Positions 18,923 through 27,697 of a stretch of 64,000 nt of DNA are shown one piece after another. The DNA comes from Bryobacterales bacterium (GTDB lineage: Bacteria > Acidobacteriota > Terriglobia > Bryobacterales > UBA6623). The translations under genes were made by a program, and so were the position numbers. Every line of letters begins with the position of its first letter. The first letter of the stretch is position 1. Location of the stretch: NCBI GenBank assembly GCA_965219605.1, contig CBDCOC010000004.1:121619-185618 (forward strand), read 5' to 3'. A model generated the notes under the pieces. It did not search any database and had not been told where the DNA came from. It saw only the letters and a program-made list of their open reading frames with translations.

Positions 18923-21136
18923 CTACCTGCTCCCGTCGACCCGGTGTTCTGTGTCGTTGACGATAGCGTGGGATCCAAGGTCGAGGACGGCGTCTGGCCC
19001 TGCAACGCTACGAATACTGCCACCACGAAGAGTCAGCGCGTTGGCAAGGATGCTGATGCCATCCTCGTCCTTGTCCCCGACCTGCACCGTGTAGTCGAAG
19101 AATAAGTAGCCTTGGCGATTCGTGCTACGGAGAGGCACGCGTTTCGTGGCCGTGCCCACGGTCAGAGCCAATGTCGGGCTGCCCGTCACCTGAACGACCT
19201 GACTGAAGGCGACCGATACCTTGATGACCTCGCCCGGGCCGTACGCGTTTCCCTCCTGAGGGCGGCTGTAGATGTTGACCCGCCTCACTCGTGGCGGGGC
19301 CACCTTGCTCCCGTCCACCTTGTGCTCCGGGTTGTTGGAGATGGCATGGACTCCAAGGTCGAGATCGGCGTCCGTTCCGGCCGTGCTGCGGATAGTCGCT
19401 CCGTTGAGAGCTAACGCATTGGCAAGGATGCTGATGCCGTCCTCGTCCTTGTCTCCAGCCTGCACCGTGTAGTCGAAGAATAAGTAACCTTGGCGACTCG
19501 CGCTACGGAGAGGCACGCGTTTCGTGGCCGTGCCCACGGTCAGAGCCAATGTCGGGCTGCCCGTCATCTGAACAGCCTGACTGAAGGCGACCGACGCCTT
19601 GATGACCTCGCCCGGGCCGTACGCGTTTCCATCTTGAGGGCGGCTGTAGATGTTGACCCGCCTTACTCGTCGCGGGGTCACCTTACTCCCGTCCACCTTG
19701 TGCTCCGGGTCGTTGGAGATGGCATGGACTCCAAGGTCGAGACTGGCGTCCGCTCCGGCCGTGCTGCGGATAGTCGCTCCGTTGAGTGCTAACGCGTTGA
19801 CAAGGATGCTGATGCCGTCCGCGTCCACGTCCCCAGCCTGCACCGTGTAGTCGAAGAATAAGGTGCCTTGGTGATTCGTGGTACGGAGGGGCACGCGTTT
19901 CGTGCCCACGGTCAGTGTCAAGCTCGGGCTGCCCGTCACCTGAATGACCTGACTGAAGGCGACCGACCCCTTGATGGCTTCGCCCGTGCCGTACGCGGTT
20001 CCCTCCTGAGGGCGGCTGTAGACTTTGACACTTGTCACTCGTGGCGGGGCCACCGTGCTTCCGTCCACCTTGTGCTCCGGGTCGTTGGAGATGGCACGGA
20101 CTCCAAGGTCGAGACTGGCGTCCGCTCCGGCCATGCTGCGGATAGTCGCTCCGTTGAGTGCTAACGCGTTGGCAAGGATGCTGATGCCATCCGCGTCCGC
20201 ATCCTCAGCCTGCACCATGTAGTCGAAGAACAGAGTTTGACCATCGGGGCTGGATTTTCTGGACTGGACAGGTACTAGTCTGGTGGCCGTGCCTACGGTC
20301 AGGGCTAAGGTTGGGCTGCCCGTCACTTGAACGGCTTGACTGAAGATGACCAATGTCTCGATCACTTCTCCCACGCTGTACGCGGTTCCCTCCTGGGGGC
20401 GGCTGTAGACTTTGACACTTGTCACTCGTGGCGCGACCACCGTGCTCCCGTTCACCTTGTGCTCCGGGTCGTTGGAGATGGCATGGACTCCAAGGTCGAG
20501 ACTGGCATCCGCTCCAACCTTGCTGCGGATAGTCGCTCCGTTGAGTGCTAACGCGTTGGCAAGGATGCTGATGCCATCCGCGTCCGCATCCTCAGCCTGC
20601 ACCATGTAGTCGAAGAACAGAGTTTGACCATCGGGGCTGGATTTTCTGGACTGGACAGGTACTAGTCTGGTGGCCGTGCCTACGGTCAGGGCTAAGGTTG
20701 GGCTGCCCGTCACTTGAACGGCTTGACTGAAGATGACTAATGCCTCGATCACCTCTCCCACGCTGTAAGCGTTTCCCACTTGGGGACGGCTGTAGACATT
20801 GACACTTGTCACTCGTGGCGCAACGACCGTGCGCCTGTCCACTTTGTGCTTCGGGTTGTTGGAGATCTGTGCTAGGGGAAGGATTGCTGGGATTCCGTGA
20901 GCCGTGCTCATCCGCTCGCCATCGAGTCCGAAGGCATTCTCGCCAACGCTGATGCCGTCCGTGTCTTGATCCTCTCCCTGCACTTCGTAGCTGAACTCGA
21001 AAGACAAGGCATCGCCCCCACCGGGTCTGGTCCTTGACGGACTCTCCGAGATTTGGCCAACGCGGTTCCCGATTCCGATTGCTAGTGTGGGCTGGCGGGA
21101 CTGGCCCGTAACGCTGGCTGTCTGAACTAGATCCAC
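18923..21136 (-). CDS. Surface/adhesin-like protein made of six tandem Ig-like (cadherin/SbsA-like) modules of about 125-129 aa
   Basis: Repeating ...YSRPQEGxAYxxGEVIxxxVxFSQxVQVTGSPTLALTVGT...LFFDYxVQAxDxDxDGISILANALALNGATIRS...LDLGVHAISNDPEHKVDGS.... The frame stays open upstream of the annotated start. Confidence 0.75.
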   Translation of the reverse strand: MDLVQTASVTGQSRQPTLAIGIGNRVGQISESPSRTRPGGGDALSFEFSYEVQGEDQDTDGISVGENAFGLDGERMSTAHGIPAILPLAQISNNPKHKVDRRTVVAPRVTSVNVYSRPQVGNAYSVGEVIEALVIFSQAVQVTGSPTLALTVGTATRLVPVQSRKSSPDGQTLFFDYMVQAEDADADGISILANALALNGATIRSKVGADASLDLGVHAISNDPEHKVNGSTVVAPRVTSVKVYSRPQEGTAYSVGEVIETLVIFSQAVQVTGSPTLALTVGTATRLVPVQSRKSSPDGQTLFFDYMVQAEDADADGISILANALALNGATIRSMAGADASLDLGVRAISNDPEHKVDGSTVAPPRVTSVKVYSRPQEGTAYGTGEAIKGSVAFSQVIQVTGSPSLTLTVGTKRVPLRTTNHQGTLFFDYTVQAGDVDADGISILVNALALNGATIRSTAGADASLDLGVHAISNDPEHKVDGSKVTPRRVRRVNIYSRPQDGNAYGPGEVIKASVAFSQAVQMTGSPTLALTVGTATKRVPLRSASRQGYLFFDYTVQAGDKDEDGISILANALALNGATIRSTAGTDADLDLGVHAISNNPEHKVDGSKVAPPRVRRVNIYSRPQEGNAYGPGEVIKVSVAFSQVVQVTGSPTLALTVGTATKRVPLRSTNRQGYLFFDYTVQVGDKDEDGISILANALTLRGGSIRSVAGPDAVLDLGSHAIVNDTEHRVDGSR
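19000..20980. repeat. Tandem DNA repeats of about 375-387 bp inside the adhesin-like gene
   Basis: Period seen in recurring blocks, for example tagtcgaagaataag... at about 19091, 19469 and 19847. Near-identical longer blocks start at about 20211 and 20598. Confidence 0.85.
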
Positions 21137-21459
21137 CGACAGTTCGACAGATTCCTCAACGACATATGTGTGACCGTTCCGGGGTGGTTCTTGATCCGCA
21201 CTCCATTGACCGTTCGGCTAGCGCGCTCAATGCCGGACAAAACCGCCACGGTTACTGGAAGTTGAATCCCAGCCGGAAATACTCCCGTCGCCGAATTCGG
21301 ATCATCGACCTGTAGGGTGCTCACTTCGCCCAAATGTGTTTCGGGCAGCAGGCCGGTGCCCTGCATGGCAACCGAAACTACGGCTGGCGTTACTCGCAAG
21401 GGGCCGGCAAGCGCCAGAATCCACAGGGCGGACTTCCCACTCCTGAGGAAATGCGTCAT
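21127..21459 (-). CDS. Signal-peptide-bearing N-terminal segment, probably the 5' end of the repeat protein separated by a frameshift near 21195-21215
   Basis: MTHFLRSGKSALWILALAGPLRVTPAVVSVAMQ.... The downstream frame (PNGQWSADQEPPRNGHTYVVEESVELSVDLVQ...) already matches the repeat consensus before this ORF stops. Confidence 0.45.
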   Translation of the reverse strand: MTHFLRSGKSALWILALAGPLRVTPAVVSVAMQGTGLLPETHLGEVSTLQVDDPNSATGVFPAGIQLPVTVAVLSGIERASRTVNGVRIKNHPGTVTHMSLRNLSNCRWI

Positions 21460-21654
21460 GTACGAACGGTTCCCTTGTTTCAGTCGGAATCCAATTTTAT
21501 TTTGGGGATTACATATTTGACTTGACATAGCCTCTCCGCTTCACTATCCTAGTGAAGTGCCTAAAATAAAAAAAAGGCCCACGCGCCCACGCGCCCACGC
21601 GATTTAGCCAGCCCGGAGCCGAACTGGGCCAATCGGACACTGTACCACAGGGAT

Positions 21655-21796
21655 AATGTGAAGTTCCTGCGAGGGGATGAACAGCGAGACTGTGGACTTG
21701 ATCGCTACCGATCCGCCGTTCAACAAGGGCCGCGACCCCCACGCCACACCGGACAGCCTTGCCGTCGGAGCCAAAGATCTGTCTATCAAGGCTTGA
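21655..21796 (+). pseudogene. Short remnant of an N6/N4 DNA methyltransferase (motif IV region only)
   Basis: Translation ...EGMNSETVDLIATDPPFNKGRDPHATPDSLAVGAKDLSIKA* contains the (D/N)PPF catalytic motif. Only about 45 codons remain. Confidence 0.55.
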
Positions 21797-24477
21797 ACCG
21801 TTTCGCCCTCCTGCTACTGCTGGTAGCCGCCCAAGCGGGGCTTGCCAGCGACGGAGGGTTCTTTTTGGGTCGGGTATCCGGGATTGATGGCGTTGGTGCC
21901 TTCGATGACGTCAAAGTCATCCTGAGCAGCGCGACGCTGCTTGAAACGACCACTCCCGGCCCGGATGGTCAATTTGCGTTTTCTGGCCTCGCGGATGGGG
22001 ATTATGTCGTCAAGGTGCGCAAGCCCGGCTTCAAGCCGCCGCCAGCGCAGCCGTTTCGGATTCGAGCCGGAGCGTTAGTTTCGCCCGCTGAGACCGAGTT
22101 CGTTCTGCAAGAATTGAGCAAGGATGCGTTCGTTTTTCATTGGGAAGAGGACCAAAGCACGGCGGGGTACGAGTACCAAGCGAATGTTGCCGAACCGCTG
22201 GAAGTTGAGTTTCTCGACGAGGAAGTCACGGTATTCGATAGCTCCGCAGCAAATCAGCTTCGACACGACTACAATATTTGGCTGTTGAACAACGATGGCG
22301 GTTTCTGGACATCCGAACATGCCTACCGCCTGTTGCGAACCATGGAATCGATCCCGCAACGGAAACGGTACCCTAGCGCGCCGGATATTCCTCCAGTAAG
22401 CCAGTGGTTCCTTGCTCCAAGGCATGTAGAGGACGATATCCAGATAACTGAAGACGGTGAAGGACCCAAGAGCGTGTGGATTGCGGAGGATGCGTTTGTG
22501 AACGCGAGTCCGAAAATCGCGCGTGTTGACGGAAAGCGGGGGAGGTACTACTCGCAGCGGCTGCATCACGCGCTGGTGCGCTACGTGACAGACAACGGTC
22601 GGAACACTTGGGCCAGCGAGCAAATTCTCCGGAAGCGTTTCGGCGTGACGATGCGAATTAGCGACTACGAGGTCTTGACGGCCAATACGACGAAGGAACC
22701 CGCCTCGCGCTTCGCACGCTTCCACCCCGAGGAGATCGTTCAGATCATCAATACGTTGGAAGAAATGCCAGTCGGCATGCACGCGATTCCCGGACTCGAA
22801 TTTCTGATACGACGCTTGGACGGAACTCAAAATCCAGGGAAACCTGATGCTGCGGCCATCGCTTGGACGGGCGCGGGCTACATCGAATTTATGGACACGG
22901 CTTTCGATGCTAGGTCGATTCTCGCCACTCACCGCGTGATCATCCATGAAAAAGCACACTTTATGTGGGCACACCTGTTTGACGAGCAGCTAAAGCAAGA
23001 CTGGATCGAACTCGGAGGATGGTACCGTAATTCCAACACCGAAAGCGGCTGGGCAACGACGAAGCAAACGGAATTCGTCTCCGCATATGCCCATCAAGAG
23101 AATCCCAACGAGGACATGGCGGAGTCGATCGCCTACTTCATCATCAATCCGCGAAAACTGCGCTCGCGCGCAATCGGCAAGTATGAATTCGTCCGCGACC
23201 GTATCATGCAAGGCAATATCTACATCTCGAAGATTCGTGAAGATCTGACGTTTGAAGTCTACAATTTATTCCCAGATTACGTGTTTCCGGGTAAGGTTCG
23301 ACGTGTCGACATCATTGTCGAGGGTGCTGCTGAAGAGAACAAGCATGTAGATATTGAAATCGAGATCCACGCTTTCGATCATATCTTGGAGGGAGCTAGT
23401 CGCGCCCTTGTGCAAATCAAGAGCGAGGCGGGAACTTACCGTTTCGTACCCCTTTTGCCCAGCGGAGTACGCCGAGGATTCCCCGGAACGGTGCTGGTGG
23501 GAAGTGTTGAAATCCCCCGGTTCGCCAAAGCGGGCTATTGGCGTCCAGCGTGGCTGAGGATAGAGGACGAACACGGGAATCAACGACTGGAGGGTGTCAA
23601 CGACTTCGGCTGGTCCCTGTTCGTTAACAATCCACTGGAAGATATCACCCCGCCGCAATATGTGAGCAATTCAGTATTCCTAACCAAGTCAACGTCCACT
23701 ATTCAGGGCAACGAGGTTCAGATCGTTCGTGCAACATGGGGTGTCGATGAGAACTCGGGCTTCATGGCTGATAGACTTGGATGCCTTGCTGCCCTCAACG
23801 ACGAATTACCTTATACCTACAGTCGAGGTGCTACGCTCTTCGGCGCGATTCGTGGGAATCGTACAGGTTACGACTCTAAGCAGAGAACCTGTTGGGTTGA
23901 ATTTGTGATGCCCCCGTACATGCCATCTTCGGTTTATACATTGGATTACATTGTTATGCGGGACCGAGCCTTAAATTATCTTCGAGTTTATTTCGCTCAT
24001 GCTCGCGAGTACGATCAGCTTGGCAGAACGGGATCAACTGAAGCCTACATCGTCGATGAGCGCGCTCCACAGATTGAACTAACCACGGACATTCCAGATA
24101 CTATTCAGCCAGAATTGGATCTCAATAATATTAACATCAATGCTCAGCCTACGAACCGAGAATCTCCGAATGGAGAAACATTAGTGACGCTAACATATCG
24201 AACTCGTGATGACATTTCGGGTTTTTGGAATGGCATGATCTCCCTGCGAGATCCGCAGGGTATTGATCATCGGTACTGGCTAGACCCCCATCCCTATTCG
24301 AGCCGCTGGTTTCCAGATGGAGACACTACACAGTGGTCCAGTCACACTTGGTCAATACTTTTGCCCCGCGGTTCTGCCCCAGGGACATGGGGAGTTGCCG
24401 AGATGATAATACAAGACCGTGCTCACAATTTCAAGACTTACGATTTCACCGAGATCGTTCATTTTGAAGTCCAGTAG
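21793..24477 (+). CDS. Secreted zinc metallopeptidase candidate (HExxH) with an N-terminal CarboxypepD_reg-like domain
   Basis: TTG start at 21793 gives signal peptide LNRFALLLLLVAAQAGLA. ...GDYVVKVRKPGFKP.... HEKAH at ...VIIHEKAHFMW..., followed about 50 aa later by NPNEDMAESIAYFIINP. The gene is visibly AT-richer than its flanks. Confidence 0.6.
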   Translation: MNRFALLLLLVAAQAGLASDGGFFLGRVSGIDGVGAFDDVKVILSSATLLETTTPGPDGQFAFSGLADGDYVVKVRKPGFKPPPAQPFRIRAGALVSPAETEFVLQELSKDAFVFHWEEDQSTAGYEYQANVAEPLEVEFLDEEVTVFDSSAANQLRHDYNIWLLNNDGGFWTSEHAYRLLRTMESIPQRKRYPSAPDIPPVSQWFLAPRHVEDDIQITEDGEGPKSVWIAEDAFVNASPKIARVDGKRGRYYSQRLHHALVRYVTDNGRNTWASEQILRKRFGVTMRISDYEVLTANTTKEPASRFARFHPEEIVQIINTLEEMPVGMHAIPGLEFLIRRLDGTQNPGKPDAAAIAWTGAGYIEFMDTAFDARSILATHRVIIHEKAHFMWAHLFDEQLKQDWIELGGWYRNSNTESGWATTKQTEFVSAYAHQENPNEDMAESIAYFIINPRKLRSRAIGKYEFVRDRIMQGNIYISKIREDLTFEVYNLFPDYVFPGKVRRVDIIVEGAAEENKHVDIEIEIHAFDHILEGASRALVQIKSEAGTYRFVPLLPSGVRRGFPGTVLVGSVEIPRFAKAGYWRPAWLRIEDEHGNQRLEGVNDFGWSLFVNNPLEDITPPQYVSNSVFLTKSTSTIQGNEVQIVRATWGVDENSGFMADRLGCLAALNDELPYTYSRGATLFGAIRGNRTGYDSKQRTCWVEFVMPPYMPSSVYTLDYIVMRDRALNYLRVYFAHAREYDQLGRTGSTEAYIVDERAPQIELTTDIPDTIQPELDLNNININAQPTNRESPNGETLVTLTYRTRDDISGFWNGMISLRDPQGIDHRYWLDPHPYSSRWFPDGDTTQWSSHTWSILLPRGSAPGTWGVAEMIIQDRAHNFKTYDFTEIVHFEVQ

Positions 24478-24648
24478 AGCATGCTCCGTGCGATAAGTTC
24501 TCCGCCTTTGCTTATACCACAAGATCGGTAGGATTGGGCCAAAAAGCGGCCCTCGTAGCGGAGTGCAGACTGCCTAGTGATCCGCTACGAGCTGAGCTAC
24601 AGTACCGATTCTGCGATCCCTGCGCACCGAAACTGGCCTGTCTGGCTT

Positions 24649-26700
24649 GCTAGCCTGAACTTCATCCGGAAAAGACGAACTAATTGCTTGTTTCAGAATG
24701 AGTTACGTCGAATCAACCTGTCATTTTACTGGAAACAGTCTTGTCGAGATCGACTCCCAGCAGAGCGAATGCCTTGGCTTGCAAGGCCGTCGGCTGGGCG
24801 AGCAGCGGAAACTCGTGCTGCTCGTCCTTGCCTAGCGTGACGTGGTTGAGCGTCAGTGTTCCCAGATGTGCGAGCAGACTCGGCAGGCCCTGCACCGGCA
24901 AGCCTTCCGGAGTCCGCTTGCTGGCGGCCTTGGCCCGGGCCGCAGGCGACACCTGCGCCGCTTCCACCGGCGAGTCGCGCTGTGCGCGAGCTGCCTCGCG
25001 CTCGCTGTCTTCAAACAACAACGGTGCCAGTTTGCGCCGCAAGTGCCATTCCAAGTAGTAGGCCAACATGCACAGAAAGACATGCCCGCGCACATGCTCG
25101 GCGCTGTAGACGTAGAACGGGCGCACTGCCAAGCGGGTCGTTTTCAACGAGCGGAAGGCGCGCTCCACCTGCGCCAGACTCTTATAGGCCGCCACCGCTT
25201 CGTGCGCCCCGAGGGCGTCCGCAGGCAAGCTCGTGCGCACCACGTACACGCCGTCCAACTGGGCCTCGGCGGCAATGCGCTCTGGCCGTCGCGACCAGTG
25301 CAGCACGTGTTCCTGCACGCTGATCTCGAAATGCTTCGCCACCTTGTAGCGATTCGCATCGCGGCCGATGCGGCGCTGGATCGCGGCCTCTTCGTGCCAC
25401 GGCTTGCGCCCCCGCCGCACCTTGGCGGCCAGCTCTTCCAAGAGTTGCTCGGTGGCCTGTAGCAACTCCTCTCGCTTGCGGGCGCGCTGCTCTCGCAGGC
25501 GCGGGTTCAGGCACACCAGCAGGCGCTCGCCGGGGAATTCCGGGCTGTGAATCTCAGCCACTTGATCGGGCACCAACTGGCCCGGCTGGAGCGGCGCTTC
25601 AGGCCTGGCCCCGGCCTGCTCGGCATCCGGTTCGGGCGCTTTGAGCAACTGCTGCAGGGCGCTGCTAGTGAGGGCCGAGATCCAATCCAGGCTGGCCGGC
25701 TCGAGGTCGGCGCGCAGGCGCGCCGTGGTCAGCATGCCGCGATCGCCAACCAGCGCGACTTGCTGCACGCCGAACTGCTTGCGGATGGTCTGCACTTGGG
25801 CGCTCACGGTGGTCGGATCGGCGCTGTTGCCGGCGAACACCTCCACCGCCACGGGGCAGCCGTCCGGGGCGCACAGCAGGCCGAAGACGATCTGGCGCTT
25901 GCCGCGCTTGCGGTCGCGGTTGTAACCAAAGGCGGCCAGCGGACAGCAGCGGCCTTCGCAGTAGGAACTGGTGACGTCGTAGAGGACTAGGGTGCCGGCG
26001 CGCAGGTGGCGGCGGGCGAGGCTGCGTTGGATCCAAGGCTGGCGCTGGCGCAGCCAATCGAGCATGGCCAGCAGTTCATTGCCCGCCACGGGCCCGAGAG
26101 CGAGCAGGCTGCCGAGCGAGTTGGCGGCGGAAGCGGGGCAGAGGCTGCGGGCGGTGGCGAGCTTGGAGTCGGGCTGCAGCAGGCGGGCGCAGATGGCGGC
26201 CAAGGCGAGGCTGCGTTGGCGCGAGGGGGAGCGCTGTAGCAGGCGGGGGAAGTGGAGTTGGCGGGCGAGGGCGAGCACAGCGGCGACATGGCCGTGAGGC
26301 AGGGAGCGGCGGATGGTAACGGCTTGGTCGAGGCGGGGGACAGCCACACCGCCTTGCAGGACGGTGCGGATGCCGTGGATGGCCTCGGGCGGGAGTTGGG
26401 AGAGGTTGGCGATGGTCTTGCGACGGATGCGCTGGCCCTCCCGCCAAGCCTGGCGGAGCAGGACGGCTGGGGGGCTGTTGCGGTTGGGGATGGATTCGAC
26501 GTAGAAGGCCACGGGGATTACATGGAAACAAAAAATTGCAAATACAATTCTAATAAAAGATATAAACAAATGTCAAGTAAAAAAATACATGGAAACAAAA
26601 ATACACCTGAGAGAGATCCCGGGAGAGTCATAACCAATTGAAAATAAAGTACTTAAAAGCGATCAAAGCCTATCCAGCCTAGGTGAAGTTCAGGCTAGCC
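24649..26700 (-). mobile_element. IS1634-family (IS4 superfamily) insertion sequence, about 2.05 kb, apparently intact
   Basis: Terminal inverted repeats GCTAGCCTGAACTTCA (24649-24664) and TGAAGTTCAGGCTAGC (26685-26700). Single long transposase ORF. Confidence 0.8.
24713..26512 (-). CDS. IS1634-family DDE transposase
   Basis: (V)AFYVESIPNRNSPPAVLLRQAWREGQRIRRKTIANLSQLPPEAIHGIR.... GTG at 26512 is preferred over the AT-rich leader included in ORF 24713-26569. Confidence 0.8.
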   Translation of the reverse strand: MAFYVESIPNRNSPPAVLLRQAWREGQRIRRKTIANLSQLPPEAIHGIRTVLQGGVAVPRLDQAVTIRRSLPHGHVAAVLALARQLHFPRLLQRSPSRQRSLALAAICARLLQPDSKLATARSLCPASAANSLGSLLALGPVAGNELLAMLDWLRQRQPWIQRSLARRHLRAGTLVLYDVTSSYCEGRCCPLAAFGYNRDRKRGKRQIVFGLLCAPDGCPVAVEVFAGNSADPTTVSAQVQTIRKQFGVQQVALVGDRGMLTTARLRADLEPASLDWISALTSSALQQLLKAPEPDAEQAGARPEAPLQPGQLVPDQVAEIHSPEFPGERLLVCLNPRLREQRARKREELLQATEQLLEELAAKVRRGRKPWHEEAAIQRRIGRDANRYKVAKHFEISVQEHVLHWSRRPERIAAEAQLDGVYVVRTSLPADALGAHEAVAAYKSLAQVERAFRSLKTTRLAVRPFYVYSAEHVRGHVFLCMLAYYLEWHLRRKLAPLLFEDSEREAARAQRDSPVEAAQVSPAARAKAASKRTPEGLPVQGLPSLLAHLGTLTLNHVTLGKDEQHEFPLLAQPTALQAKAFALLGVDLDKTVSSKMTG

Positions 26701-26717
26701 ATGGTCCTTGCCGAGCT

Positions 26718-27053
26718 TCAGCCAGCGCGACCCGAACTTTCTGGGGATGTCGCGGACCGCGCTTCGGCTAGCTGGGGCAAATCCGCATCCAAGCCTAACC
26801 GCTGAGCTAGCAGTTGGAGCAACACGCTGTGTTGCGCTTGTACTTGTTCCAATGTGCGCAGCCTGCTGTCTAGCGATTCCAGCCGCGTATCTACGGCCGC
26901 GAACCGTTCCGCAATGTCACGCTGGACCGACAGAATCATCATGACTAGGCTGATAACCGCTGCTAGCATCGCCGCCAACAAGGTTGCGCCCATGCCCAAT
27001 ATACCGATTAGTTCGAGTCTCATCCGCTTTCTGTTCATCCCATATCCGACCAC
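26718..27053 (-). CDS. Hypothetical small membrane-anchored coiled-coil protein
   Basis: 111-aa ORF with one transmembrane helix (LIGILGMGATLLAAMLAAVISLVMMIL) followed by a heptad-like segment. Confidence 0.4.
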   Translation of the reverse strand: MVGYGMNRKRMRLELIGILGMGATLLAAMLAAVISLVMMILSVQRDIAERFAAVDTRLESLDSRLRTLEQVQAQHSVLLQLLAQRLGLDADLPQLAEARSATSPESSGRAG

Positions 27054-27697
27054 CCAGATCGCGGGGGCGCTGCGAGCGTCATGCGTGCGCCAACCAAGGC
27101 GGCAAGATCCACGGAGTCAGCCCCGCCGCGATGCAGGGCGCGATCAGCACTTCAGATTACTCGCTCGCCCGGCCCGGGCTGGCCTATCTCGATCAGCACG
27201 GGCTGAGGGTTAGGCGAGGGACTGAGGTACCGGCGATACGCGAAAGCAGCTGGCAAACAGCTACTCATCGACGCTAAGGCAGGCGCACTTCCCCTCGACT
27301 CCACAGTCAGCTAAGGATTGTCAGCATTACGCTTGGCTAACTTCTTTCGGGGCCGGTTCCCCCAGTCGTTCCAATATCCGCCTTGCGTGATTTCTACGGA
27401 TCGCAACTGATCATCAAGAGAATCCAGCAGATTGACGATGCGACTGGCAGCCGCTAGGATTTTATCCCCGCGAGCAGGCCTACTATCCACTGTGCATTTG
27501 GCTCATGCCAAGCATTCCAGCATTTTTTGACTTGTGCAGCTTGCAGTTGCCCTCGCAAGCTATGGTATAAACCGGCTGATAAACAATGACATAGATGATT
27601 TTGCATCAGGCCCCAGTCCCTTTTCGAGGCTTGTGCCGTGACTACTATGCTGTCACTCCATCAAGTTCTGCGGCAGTCCCGATCAAGCCCCGGCCTG

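Noticed and set aside
21658-21792. 45-codon N-terminal extension of the 939-aa metallopeptidase ORF
   Set aside because: This stretch encodes a methyltransferase relic in another frame. The signal peptide begins at the in-frame TTG at 21793.
27311-27490. 59-codon GTG-initiated minus-strand ORF (VDSRPARGDKILAAASRIVNLLDSLDDQLRSVEITQGGYWNDWGN...) in the AT-richer spacer
   Set aside because: It is too short, has no recognisable Shine-Dalgarno sequence or family, and cannot be distinguished from chance.
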